A DNA stretch of 64,000 nt, from positions 165,664,001-165,728,000 of the forward strand of contig OZ024741.1 of NCBI GenBank assembly GCA_964016885.1, read 5' to 3'. A program made the position numbers and the translations under genes. The notes below the pieces were generated by a model. It was given only the letters and a program-made list of their open reading frames with translations, did no database searches and was not told the DNA's origin. This DNA is from Eledone cirrhosa. Lineage: Eukaryota. This document shows positions 9,765 through 23,122 of this stretch, piece by piece (the first letter of the stretch is position 1; each line of letters begins with the position of its first letter).

Positions 9765-12572
9765 TATGTGTGTGCATGGTGTGGTGTGGTGTGGTGTAGT
9801 GTGGTGTGCTGTGTGTGGTGTAGTGTGGTGTGTGTGGTGTAGTGTGGTGTGTGTGGTGTAGTGTGGTGTGTGTGGTGTAGTGTGGTGTGTGTATGTGTGT
9901 GTCATGTGGTGTAGTGTGTGTGGTATGGTGTGGTGTGTGGTGTGGTATGGTGTGTGTGTGGTGTGGTGCGGTGTGGTGTGGTGCGGTGCGGTATGGTGTT
10001 GTGTGAGTGGTGTGGTATGGTATGGTGCATGTGTGGTGGTGTAGTGTGGTGTGTGTGTGGTGTGTGTGTGGTGTGGTGTGGTGTGGTGTGGTGTGGTGTG
10101 GTGTAGTGTGGTGTGTGGTGTGGTGTAGTGTGGTGTGTGGTGTAGTGTGGTGTGGTGTGTGTGTGTGTTGTAGTGTGGTGTGGTGTGTGTGTGTGTGTGT
10201 GGTGTAGTGTGGTGTGGTGTGTGTGTGTGTGGTGTGTGTGTGTGTAGTGTGGTGTGGTGTAGTGTGTGTGGTGTGGTGTAGTGTGTGTGTGTGTGTGGTG
10301 TGGTGTAGTGTGGTGTGGTGTGTGTGTGTGTGGTGTAGTGTGGTGTGGTGTAGTATGTGTGTGTGTGGGGTAGTGTGGTGTGGTATGGTGCATGTGTGGT
10401 GGTGTAATGTGGTGTGCGTGTCATGTGGTGTGATGAGCATGTGTCAGGTGGTGTAGTGTGTGGTATGGTGTAGTGTGTGTGGTGTAGTGTGGTGTGGTGT
10501 AGTGTGTGTGTGTGTGGGATAGTGTGGTGTGGTGTGGTATGGTGCATGTGTGGTGGTGTAGTGTGGTGTGCGTGTCATGTGGTGTGATGAGCATGTGTCA
10601 GGTGGTGTAGTGTGTGTGGTATAGTGTGGTGTAGTGTAGTGTGTGTGTGATGTAGTGTGTGTGTGTATGTGTGATGTAGTGTGGTGTGTGTGTGTGTGTG
10701 TGATGTAGTGTGATGTGTGTGTGTGTGATGTAGTGTGGAGTGTGTGTGTGATGTAGTGTGATGTGTGTGTATGTGTGATGTAGTGTGGTGTGTGTGTGTG
10801 ATGTGTGTGTGTGTGATGTAGTGTGGTGTGTGTGTGTGTGTGTGTGATGTAGTGTGATGTGTGTGTGTGTGATGTAGTGTGGAGTGTGTGTGTGATGTAG
10901 TGTGATGTGTGTGTAATGTAGTGTGGTGTGTGTGTATGTGTGATGTAGTGTGGTGTGTGTGTGTGATGTGTGTGTGTGTGTGATGTAGTGTGGTGTATGT
11001 GTGTGTGTGATGTTGTGTGGTGTGTGTGTGATGTAGTGTGGTGTGTGTGTGTGTGTGATGTAGTGTGGTGTGTGTGTGATGTAGTGTGGTGTGTGTGTGT
11101 GTGATGTAGTGTGGTGTGTGTGTGTGTGTGTGATGTAGTGTGGTGTGTGTGTGTGTGTGTGATGTAGTGTGGTGTGTGTGTATGTGTGATGTAGTGTGGT
11201 GTATGTGTGTGTGTGTGTGATGTAGTGTGGTGTGTGTGTGTGTGATGTAGTGTGGTGTGTGTGTATGTGTGATGTAGTGTGGTGTGTGTGTGTGTGTGAT
11301 GTAGTGTGGTGTGATTTTGATGTAGTGTGGTGTATGTGTGTGTGTGATGTAGTGTAGTGTGTGTGTATGTGTGATGTAGTGTGGTGTGTGTGATGTAGTG
11401 TGGTGTGTGTGTGTGATGTGTGTGTGTGTGTGATGTAGTGTGGTGTATGTGTGTGTGTGATGTTGTGTGGTGTGTGTGTGATGTAGTGTGGTGTGTGTGT
11501 GTGTGTGATGTAGTGTGGTGTGTGTGTGATGTAGTGTGGTGTGTGTGTGTGTGATGTAGTGTGGTGTGTGTGTGTGTGTGTGATGTAGTGTGGTGTGTGT
11601 GTGATGTAGTGTGGTGTGTGTGTGATGTAGTGTGGTGTGTGTGTATGTGTGATGTAGTGTGGTGTATGTGTGTGTGTGTGTGATGTAGTGTGGTGTGTGT
11701 GTGTGTGATGTAGTGTGGTGTGTGTGTATGTGTGATGTAGTGTGGTGTGTGTGTGTGTGTGTGATGTAGTGTGGTGTGATTGTGATGTAGTGTGGTGTAT
11801 GTGTGTGTGTGATGTAGTGTAGTGTGTGTGTATGTGTGATGTAGTGTGGTGTGTGTGATGTAGTGTGGTGTGTGTGTGTGATGTGTGTGTGTGTGTGATG
11901 TAGTGTGGTGTATGTGTGTGTGTGATGTTGTGTGGTGTGTGTGTGATGTAGTGTGGTGTGTGTGTGTGTGTGATGTAGTGTGGTGTGTGTGTGATGTAGT
12001 GTGGTGTGTGTGTGTGTGATGTAGTGTGGTGTGTGTGTGTGTGTGTGATGTAGTGTGGTGTGTGTGTGTGTGTGATGTAGTGTGGTGTGTGTGTATGTGT
12101 GATGTAGTGTGGTGTGTGTGTATGTGTGATGTAGTGTGGTGTGTGTGTGTGTGATGTAGTGTGGTGTGTGTGTATGTGTGATGTAGTGTGGTGTGTGTGT
12201 GTGTGTGATGTAGTGTGGTGTGTGTGTATGTGTGATGTAGTGTGGTGTGTGTGTATGTGTGATGTAGTGTGGTGTGTGTGTGTGTGATGTAGTGTGGTGT
12301 GTGTGTGTGTGATGTAGTGTGGTGTGTGTGTATGTGTGATGTAGTGTGGTGTGTGTGTGTGTGTGATGTAGTGTGGTGTGATTGTGATGTAGTGTGGTGT
12401 ATGTGTGTGTGTGATGTAGTGTAGTGTGTGTGTGTGTGTGATGTAGTGTGGTGTATGTGTGTGTGTGTGTGATGTAGTGTGGTGTGTGTGTGTGTGATGT
12501 AGTGTGGTGTGTGTGTATGTGTGATGTAGTGTGGTGTGTGTGTGTGTGTGATGTAGTGTGGTGTGTGTGTGT
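9765..12572. repeat. 2.8-kb compound GT-rich micro/minisatellite
   Basis: (GTGTG)n and gatgtagtgtg(gt)n units of variable length. Confidence 0.97.
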
Positions 12573-13579
12573 AAAGGGAGAAGTATGAGATGTCTCTTCA
12601 GTCCAGGCCAACGTGTAAAAACATCTTTTGTGTTGGTGCCATAATGAAAAAAGCACCCAGTTCACACTGTAAAATAGTAGTGGTGGTGGTATGAGAAAAT
12701 GTATCCAGTATACCCTGTAAGGTGGTTGGACTTTGGATGGGCACCCAACCATAGAAACCTTGCTAAATATGGAACATCAAAACAAGATGAAGTCGTTCCA
12801 ACCCATCTGGGCTCAGACCATAAAAACTCATCCAATTCATGCAACTGTAGAAAGTGGACATATGATGATGATGATGATATACATACAAACATACATATAT
12901 GAGTTTTGACTGCAGGGTGCTGCCCAAACACTGTCCCACCCTTGACCCAGAGCCCCTACCTCCTCCCTTTGTTCTGTGGCTCAAGAGTCCTTGCTTTTTC
13001 CCTCCTTTTCCTCTCATTTGTAGCATTTATAGTCCTTCCCTCTACAGCCAGATCTGCCCTTCTTTACCCCTTCCCCCTTTTCTCATTAATTTTGTTTTTA
13101 TCTTTCCTTTTCATATTTATGTAATTATCAACTTTGTGAGTGAAGCATATATATTGCAAATAAACATTTATGACATTTAACTAATAAAAAATAATAATAG
13201 CCTTTACAAATATATATAAACATTTACAATGTACCATATATTATGAATGGAAATGTAGGTCCAGTAGATAAGTCACACCTCCATTTTAAATAAAACCTTT
13301 ACAATGTACCATATATTTTTTAATATGTTCAACAGATGCCATATTCTGAATTTTACACATGTATATACTGTAAGATGTAGTCATTAAGCAAAAGTTTATA
13401 TTCATTTGAAATATGACCAAATCAGATAAACAAAAACATTATATTACAACATATAACATAACATTACACAACAAAACAACACTACATAACATCACATAGC
13501 ATAATGTCACATAACACAACATTATACAGCATAGTATTACAGAATGTAACATAGCATAATATGCTATAACATTACATAC

Positions 13580-13765
13580 TTGTTTCTACTTTTGGCACAA
13601 GGCCAGCAATTACCCAGTACATTACTGGTACTTTATTTTATCGACCCCGTAAGGATGAAAGGCAAAGTTAACCTCGGCGGGATTTGAACTCAGACTGTAA
13701 AGGGACGTAACTATGCTAGAAAGCATGGCGTCCGACTCTCTATCGATACTGCCAATTCCCCGCCC
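13580..13765 (-). mobile_element. SINE family A copy
   Basis: Near full-length reverse-complement copy. Confidence 0.9.
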
Positions 13766-14117
13766 TAACATAATGTTACAAATATATCATTACACAACAT
13801 AAGTTGCATGTCGTAACATTGCATGTGCATGTGTCATCACATTGCATAACATTACATTGCACAATAGTACACAATGCATCACTACACATGTAACATATAA
13901 CATTACATAACATTACACACCATTATATTACATAACAACACTGCATGTTACACACCATAACATCATGCTACATTACATAACACTGCTCGTCATATTGTTA
14001 CACAGCATTACAGCACTACACAGTATAACATTAGACAATATAGCGCATGCCATTACATAACAGCACTGTACAACATAATGTGACACAACATTGCATTACA
14101 TAACAACATTACACATC

Positions 14118-14710
14118 ATCATCATCACCGTTTAACGTCTATCTTCCACGCTAGCATGCGTCTCCTACACAACAACTTTACAGTGTGGCCTAGGTGCTTT
14201 TTGTCGTGACGCCTACACGACCATTTTACAGTGTGGATTGGATGTTCTGTGGTACCAACATAACTTTACAGAGAAAGGATGGTGTAGGGCTAGTGGTGGG
14301 GTGTATATTTGGTTAAGAGGTGCCTACTGACTGTAGGTTTAACTTTGTAGTTAAGGGAAGGCGGGTCTTCTGTATTACTGTGTAGCGCCAAAGGTCTCAA
14401 TCCAGTGACATTGTCTTAGAGAGGTATAAGTGTGCAAGGTCAGATTTTATCATGTCGTCCCAGGTTTTTCTGGGTTTACCTACTCTGTAACTTCCATCAA
14501 TTTTGCACTTTTTTATACAGCTGTCGTCCTTCATGCACATCGCATGACCATACCAACGTAATTTCCTTTCAAGTAAACTGCATCTGATCCCTCTTATTCC
14601 TAATTTAGTTTGTTTATGTTTTGCCGTTCGTGTATATTACTATTACACATCCAACGGAGCATGCATGCTATATTACTATAACACATCCAATGGAGCATGC
14701 ATGCTTCAGT
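14118..14710 (-). mobile_element. RTE LINE 3' end (long-UTR subfamily) with internal deletion
   Basis: Homologous to 57520-57960 and the (GAT)n-tailed end; small duplication of acacatccaa.ggagcatgcatgct at the 5' break. Confidence 0.85.
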
Positions 14711-14759
14711 GTGCACAGTATAACATAAAGCACAACATAATGTGACACAACATTACATT

Positions 14760-15045
14760 ACAACACTGCACAACATAACAACACACTACATTACATAACA
14801 ACACTATACAACCTAATATTACGCAACATAACACACTACATTACATAACAACACTACACAACCTAATATTACACAACATAACAACACACTACATTACATA
14901 ACAACACTATACAACCTAATATTACACAACATAACAACACACTACATTACATAACAACACTATACAACCTAATATTACACAACATAACAACACACTACAT
15001 TACATAACAACACTATACAACCTAATATTACACAACATAACAAAC
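14760..15045. repeat. About 53-bp minisatellite in an (ACATA/ACACA)-rich tract
   Basis: acctaatatt at 14811, 14861, 14914, 14967 and 15020. Confidence 0.9.
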
Positions 15046-15889
15046 ATTACACTTCACTATATTACCTAACAGAACATTATACAACAACCAGTATAAAAGA
15101 AAACATTACATAATAAACATTACACAACATAACACATTACACCAAATAGCATACTACATAACACATCTTGATGCCAATAATTTAAAAAAATTCCAAGATT
15201 GGAGATACAATATATTGTAAACAATCTCCCAACTATAAAATTTGTTAGTACATGGAGATTATGAAATTATTCAACAACAGAACCTCCTAGCTGCTTTACA
15301 GCTTCCCTTGCTTCCTATTTTTTAAAATCTTTTTTATGCTTATTAAGTCTCCCATTAGACTTCCCTAATTAAAATTTTTTTTTCATTTTATTATTTTATT
15401 TGATATTTTTTAAATTATAAATTTTTATTTTTATATTCACTTATCTCTAAATCTTATTTTTTGTTTCTCAACTGTAAGAAGTATTAAATACTTCCCCTAG
15501 TCTGTCATGGCTTACTAGCTCTATACAGACGTTGAAATCGATTAAATAAATAAATACACAACACTACATTATACAACATAGCATTATAAAACACTACATT
15601 TCACAATCAAAACATTATACAACATAACATAACACTACACAGTATTACATTACACAACACACTCTACGAAGTGCACTGGATTCATTTTATCATGACACCA
15701 AAACTAAAGAGGTTGTCATGACTGATACAACTAAAGAGTCCGCTCAACCCTTTATTTGGCAAATTTTCTATAGTCATGTGTCCTTCCTATCACCAACCAC
15801 TTTACAAAGTGTATTGAGCATGTTTATCATGACGCTAACAACAGATAGAACCTGTATATGATTAAAATAGGAAAATAAGAGGGTATGTA

Positions 15890-16056
15890 CTGTATTTCCC
15901 GGCACCGAAGACACTTCATCCTCGAGGATGCACCCTAATTTTGACAACCAAAGATTTGAAAAAAATAATAAACAACCTTCGGCCTCCAGGACGTATGGTA
16001 GATTTTTTAGACTTATTTTAGGGAAAAAGTAGCATCTTTGACGCCGGGAAATACGG
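15890..16056. mobile_element. Tc1/mariner-pogo type MITE
   Basis: TA|ctgtatttcccggca...cgccgggaaatacgg|TA. Confidence 0.8.
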
Positions 16057-16629
16057 TAATTTTTTATAATTTTTTTAAATTTCATAATATTTTTATTTTC
16101 CTGGGTACAGCAAAGAAAATTACAGCATGTCACAGAAATATTTCATGGTCTCAGAAGACAAGATAGTGAATGTTATACACCAAGGGGTAGTAAGAGTCAA
16201 TTCACCTTGCATCACTAATTCTATATCGGAATAAAGACAGGATGGTCATAGCTGAAAGGCCTTTCATCATAGCTTTGTTTGGTCAGAGCTGGCCCGAAGA
16301 CTAAACTACAACTAATGCACTACACAACATTATATCTCCAGCTTATCAATCAATATTTAACATTCCCTCTAACTCCAAGATTCCATCCAACTGTTTACCA
16401 TAACAGAAACAAGGTAAGTATTCTATATTCTATTGTAGAATCTAACAGCCAATTAAATCAGTCTTCTCAACATCCTACATCTAAAATTACTCACCTTGCC
16501 TCTAGCCTTCACATTACATATCACACAAATCACATTCATCTGCTATTAATTGTGTTGTTGGTTTTTTTCTCTCTTTAGATATTTCTGAATGAAATCTGGG
16601 CTCAATTAACAGTTGATATAAATCATCAT

Positions 16630-16840
16630 GATCATCACCATCACTAGTGCAGTCACTACAACTACTCCCACCACCACCACTACAATTACAACCACTCCCA
16701 CCACCACCACAATTACAACCCCTCCCCCCACCACCACCACCACAATCACAACTACTACCACCACCACCATTACAACCACTCCCACCACCACCATAATTAC
16801 AAACACTTCTACCACCACCACCACCACCACCATCACCACC
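16630..16840. repeat. (ACC/ACT)n trinucleotide tract
   Basis: Direct inspection. Confidence 0.9.
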
Positions 16841-17853
16841 AATTGGATGATTACCTTGATGATAATGATGAAAGTGGAAGAAGCAGTGAAAGAGAATGTT
16901 TATTAATAAGCCGGGATAGCTAACTGGAAGGCAAACTTATAACATTATATCAAAATAATTTCAAATCAGTGCAACAGAATAGAATTATATATACAATATA
17001 ATCCATTCCTATATTGTTATCAAATAGCAATAAATCAATGTAACAATTATCAATTCAACTTTACAGAAATCCACATCAAATGGTAAGAAGCATGTTAAAT
17101 TAAGTTGGAAAGCAAATTGAATGAAAAGTTCCAAATATTTACAGCTAAATAACTGTACTGAGATCACTAGCAGCATTTACTTGTGTAGTAACAGTGGTAA
17201 AAGCAGAATGAGGAAACAGCATATCTGTGGAACAGGGGGTATTGTGTGATGGGAAGTAACTTCATACCAAAAATGAAAAAAAAGCAACTAATAATAAAGC
17301 TATCAGATTTAACAGTTCACATTGTCTATCTCATGAAACCATATTAGCAAAACATTTTTAAAATATATAAAACAGCACTATGATTGCAGCTCATTAAAAA
17401 TCAGTCTTTATTTACTCTAAAACTACAAATTTTCACAACAATTTGTCCAATAGTAAAGATTCTATAAGTATTTGAATTAACAAACCACATGAAACCACAT
17501 TGACAAGATATTCTTGAGAAGTATAAAACAGCATAATGACTACATCACATTAATTATTGATGTTTTTACTCTAATACTGAAAATGTTTACAACTATCCAC
17601 TAGTAAATATACAATAAAAAATTTAATTAACAAACCTACTTTTAGATATTTTCTACTAAATCATTACAGGATGTTAAGTGTCAATTAACAATTATACATA
17701 TGTAATACTTTGAACATTATTTTTAGCATAATTGGTTGCATCACATTAAATGTTTACTCTAATACTACACATTTTCACAATGGTATGTCTACTAGTAAAT
17801 ATATTATAAATATTTGAATTAACAAACATGTTTTTAGATATTTTCTACTAATA

Positions 17854-18243
17854 CAGTAAGTCCCCAAATTATGAACATCCTAGTTACGAACTTGCACAGA
17901 TACAAACAGTCTCACCAGAAAAAAAAGTTTTTTCTGAGTTTGTTTTTGTGGGTTCTTTCGGGCCCTGGGTTCCTTCTTTTTCAGCATAAAAACAAGCCGA
18001 AAACGTACCTGCAGTATGATATACCATTCTGTTTTTGCAGAATTGAAAGAGTACTTTTTTTCTTTAAACAATATTTAAAATCATTATTGCATATTATATA
18101 TACTTCTGTATACTCGATATATATCACTCATATGGAAGCCTACAGTATCAATGTAACATATATGAGCTTATTGGTACGTACTGTGTTAGACAATCAACTT
18201 ACAAATAAATCAACTAACTCCTTCGTAACTTGGGAACTTACTG
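17854..18243. mobile_element. Tigger-like MITE
   Basis: TA|cagtaagtccccaaattatgaa...ttcgtaacttgggaacttactg|TA. Confidence 0.8.
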
Positions 18244-18924
18244 TACTGCAAATTTTCACAATGAACTGTCTATACTATAAACATTTGAATTAGCAAGCTC
18301 GCTTTTAAATATTTTCTGCTAAATCATTACAGGATGTTAAAAATTAAATAAGAATCAATAAATAATGTTTACTTTAAGGAGCTTTTTATTAAAGGAAAAA
18401 AATAGCTTAGATCAGTCACTCAGTTATAAGGTAATGATGATGATGCAATATTCTACTGGTTCTATATACACTGATCTTATGATAGATAAAAACCAAACTA
18501 TAAGAGATTGCATCATCAGATTAACGAAGCAATTGTTTTGTTAGTGATGCAGCAACTATTGAAGGTAAATGTTGCACATGAAATTGGCTATTGTTGTCTG
18601 AGCTTGGAAACAGAATAAACAGATAGAAAGTAAAAGGCCAAGATGATGTTGAACAATGAAATAAGTTAACAAGCAATCCAACAACATCAACAATATCATC
18701 AACAACATCGTTTCAATAAAAACAATTACAGAGAAAAACTAGAAGAAAACAACTAGTGTAATTGAGATTGTTGTTATGTAAGCAAATGGATTTTATAAAG
18801 TCACATGTTGACATTTCTGTCTACAAGAAGAACATGAATTTATTTATAAAAAAAATAGTATTCACCATTTTAAAAATAATAAATTAGTTGGGTGAAGAAA
18901 CTCCAAGAGTTCTAAGTTGAAGAA

Positions 18925-20290
18925 AGATGTGGTAAAGGAAGGTCTAGGAAGATCTGGACAGAAGTGGTGAAAGTAGATCTCAGGACGTTGAACCTCAAAA
19001 AGGAAAGAGACAAGTGGTGGAGCAGTACTGTTGTAGAGGTAAACCAAGGTAGATTTAGGCAGTGAGAGTGAGAGTAGATCTCAGGAAAACGAATCTCACA
19101 AGGAACATAAAGGAAAGAGATAAGTGGAGGAGGAGTGATGTTGTAGAGGTAAACCAAGGTAGACTTAGGCAGAGGTAGTGTGAATAGATCTCAGGATACT
19201 GAATCTTACAAAGGAGATGACAAAGGAAAGGGAGAAATGGAAGGGATGCAGTGGTAGGGATATACCAAGGTAGACTTAGGCAGAGGTGGTGAGAGTAGAT
19301 CTCAAGATACCAAACCTCACAAAGTAAAGGGACAAATGAAGTGATGCAGTGGTAGGGATATACCAAGGTAGACTTAGGCAGAGGTGGTGAGAGTAGATCT
19401 CAAGATACCAACCTCACAAAGTAAAGGGACAAATGAAGTGATGCAGTGGTAGGGATATACCAAGGTAGACTTAGGCAGAGGTGGTGAGAGTAGATCTCAA
19501 GATACCAACCTCACAAAGTAAAGGGACAAATGAAGTGATGCAGTGGTAGGGATATACCAAGGTAGACTTAGGCAGAGGTGGTGAGAGTAGATCTCAAGAT
19601 ACCAACCTCACAAAGTAAAGGGACAAATGAAGTGATGCAGTGGTAGGGATATACCAAGGTAGACTTAGGCAGAGGTGGTGAGAGTAGATCTCAAGATACC
19701 AACCTCACAAAGTAAAGGGACAAATGAAGTGATGCAGTGGTAGGGATATACCAAGGTAGACTTAGGCAGAGGTGGTGAGAGTAGATCTCAAGATACCAAC
19801 CTCACAAAGTAAAGGGACAAATGAAGTGATGCAGTGGTAGGGATATACCAAGGTAGACTTAGGCAGAGGTGGTGAGAGTAGATCTCAAGATACCAACCTC
19901 ACAAAGTAAAGGGACAAATGAAGTGATGCAGTGGTAGGGATATACCAAGGTAGACTTAGGCAGAGGTGGTGAGAGTAGATCTCAAGATACCAACCTCACA
20001 AAGTAAAGGGACAAATGAAGTGATGCAGTGGTAGGGATATACCAAGGTAGACTTAGGCAGAGGTGGTGAGAGTAGATCTCAAGATACCAACCTCACAAAG
20101 TAAAGGGACAAATGAAGTGATGCAGTGGTAGGGATATACCAAGGTAGACTTAGGCAGAGGTGGTGAGAGTAGACGTGAGGATGTTGAACCACACAAAAGT
20201 GATGTCAAGAGGAAGGATGCTATGCTGAAGACACCCCCATCTAACCCAGGCAAACATGGTAAAATAGACATGAACATGATGATCATGTGA
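18925..20290 (+). repeat. 97-bp tandem array derived from an RTE LINE 3' end
   Basis: gtggtagggatatacc at 19251, 19349, 19446, 19543 ... 20125; diverged units upstream; RTE-like terminus at 20220-20290. Confidence 0.92.
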
Positions 20291-20441
20291 CAGGCAACCT
20301 GAAGTGTCACCTTCAGTTAAATGCATGTGACACAACCGTAACATTCTTTACATTAACCTGTTTTTATTATTTTTGTATTTTAACAAAATTTACAAATATA
20401 TTTCACAGACATATACCTGTCATGTAATTAATTCCCAAGAC

Positions 20442-20497
<56 letters not shown>

Positions 20498-20504
<7 letters not shown>

Positions 20505-20880
20505 AAGAGTGAAGAATAACATGGTCGGCTGTACAAAACGGGTTTATTTACAGTATTAACAATTGTTTCATTAATCAGGTGAGTCTATAGGCCGCTAATC
20601 ACTAGAAATTACGTCACTCAACTTTAATTGCAGTGTGTGTCTCTGATCAAATCATCGGAATACTGAGTATTCCGATGATTTGCGATTAGCGGCCTTTAGA
20701 CTCACCTGATTAATGAAACAATTGTTAATACTGTAAATAAACCCTTTTTTGTACAGCCGACCATGTCATTCTTCACTCTTTCACTATTATTACTCCAAGA
20801 ACCACCTGCATGGGAATTCTCTTAAACTCACTACCGACTAAGGAAACTTCTTGTTGAGTTAAACAACGCCATACATTAAA
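20498..20880. mobile_element. Penelope-like fold-back insert with a hammerhead in each arm
   Basis: Arms 20498-20664 and 20666-20787 (right arm lacks about 46 bp); agtatt-CCGATGA...GAAAC-AATT-GTT-aatact; tail after the right arm. Confidence 0.8.
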
Positions 20881-21029
20881 ACTATCCACAGTACTCACAA
20901 CCTCTAACTGGATTACCTAAAACAATACCTTGTTATCGCACGTGCATGCTGAATTTCAAGCAAAGTCCATATGTTGGGTTATCATATTTTCTGTCCATCT
21001 ATTCAGTTTTGCTCACAAGTCTTTTGTTA

Positions 21030-21230
21030 CCGGTAGAGCATCAGACACTATGCTTCACAGCAGAGAGTTATGGCCCTTTATCATCTCAGCTCAAATGCTG
21101 CTGAGGTTAGCTTTGCCTCTCACCCTTACGGGATCGATAAAATAAAGCACCAGTAATACACTAGGGTCAATTTAATCAACTTTACCTCCCCTTCAAATTG
21201 CTGGCCTTATGCCTAAAGTAGAAATAATTA
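21030..21230 (+). mobile_element. SINE family A copy (longer variant)
   Basis: Family A body plus a gtcaatttaatcaacttt...ccc segment shared with 6480-6510 and 43880-43910. Confidence 0.8.
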
Positions 21231-21446
21231 TTAACCCTCTAGCATTTAAACTTGCCATACCCCGACAGAATTCTCTCACCTCTTTCAGTTCAAACCAGCC
21301 ATAACCGGCTGCTCATACTGACTTTATGGTATTGTTCTCAAAATGAATATTATCAAAATCTCGAAGATTCAATATAATGTGAAATAAAGCCTTTACTGTG
21401 AAAATACAACAGTATATATAGAGTAATGTAAATGCTAAAGGGTTAA
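21231..21446 (+). mobile_element. piggyBac-type MITE (family C, about 210 bp)
   Basis: TTAA|ccctctagcattt...aaatgctaaaggg|TTAA. Further copies at 31258-31466, 39480-39708, 39739-39917, 48739-48948 and 60359-60563. Confidence 0.88.
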
Positions 21447-22130
21447 ATGACACTTGCCCATGATGCCATGCAGTGTTCTTGAAGCTGGGAGCTCATGATG
21501 TAAAACAAACTTGTTAACCATTCAGCCACACCTGCATCCATACATGATAGAGAAGTGAATATGTGAAGGGGAAGATAACGAGAATTAACTATTTTTATTT
21601 AATTTGTCTTTCAAATAATACATTTAACTCCCTTCAAAACATAGTTTTAGTTTGTTTATTGTTGGATTCTAAATGCCAATATTTCTATATTATTTCTTAA
21701 AACCTTATTCAACATTTCTGATTGATAATGTCATATATCAATACAGCTAACAATCAATTGAATACAGAGAGGCTATTTTTAAGATTTTCACAATCAGTGT
21801 ATTTATTTCACCGAAGATGAAACAAGCCTGTCATAAGTTTAATTTCATAATCTGAGCAAATAAAGAATGGCTTTTTGTAATCAAACTACATATGCACAAA
21901 TATATGTATATGAATGCACACACATACACGCAGATACAGGCAGATGAATACATACATATACATACAAATATGTATGTGTGTACATATGCATATATACAAT
22001 CATGCATACAATGCATACATGAACACATTTGTTTCAGCATATACAAACACAGAAATATATATACATACATACATACATATATGTGCATATATATAAATAT
22101 ATATATATACACACACACACACATACATAC

Positions 22131-22163
<33 letters not shown>

Positions 22164-22334
22164 TATACATACACATATATGTACACACACACACATATAT
22201 ATATTCACACACACACACACACACATATATACATACACATATATGTACACACACACACACATATATATATATATTCACACACAAACACACATATATATAT
22301 ATACATATGCACTTTCATATGTGAGTGTGTGTGT

Positions 22335-23122
22335 GTGCATGTATGTATACAACTGTATATGTATGTGTGTATGTATATATGCATGTATGTGTACAACCGT
22401 ATATGTATGTGTGTATGTATATATGCATGTATGGGTACAACCATATATGTATGTGTGTATGTATATATGCATGTATGTATACAACCGTATATGTATGTGT
22501 GTATGTATATATGCATGTATGTGTACAACCATATATGTATGTGTGTATGTATATATGCATGTATGTGTACAGCCGTATATGTATGTGTGTATGTATATAT
22601 GCATGTATGTGTACAGCCGTATATGTATGTGTGTATGTATATATGCATGTATGTGTACAACCGTATATGTATGTGTGTATGTATATATGCATGTATGTGT
22701 ACAACCATATATGTATGTGTGTATGTATATATGCATGTATGTGTGTATGTATATATGCATGTATGTGTACAACCATATATATATGTGTGTATGTATATAT
22801 GCATGTATGTGTGTATGTATATATGCATGTATGTATACAACCGTATATGTATGTGTGTATGTATATATGCATGTATGTGTACAGCCGTATATGTATGTGT
22901 GTATGTATATATGCATGTATGTGTACAACCGTATATGTATGTGTGTATGTATATATGCATGTATGTATACAACCGTATATGTATGTGTGTATGTATATAT
23001 GCATGTATGTGTACAACCGTATATGTATGTGTGTATGTATATATGCATGTATGTGTGTATGTATATATGCATGTATGTGTACAACCATATATGTATGTGT
23101 GTATGTATATATGCATGTATGT
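22335..23122. repeat. 44-bp minisatellite
   Basis: Unit gtacaaccgtatatgtatgtgtgtatgtatatatgcatgtatgt, about 17 copies. Confidence 0.95.

Noticed and set aside
10575-12752. 725-aa His/Thr-rich ORF
   Set aside because: Translation of a CA-rich satellite lacking stops; no domain or splice evidence.
19251-20172. CRISPR-like regular array
   Set aside because: Units are identical with no unique spacers, eukaryotic context, no cas genes, and the unit derives from a LINE.
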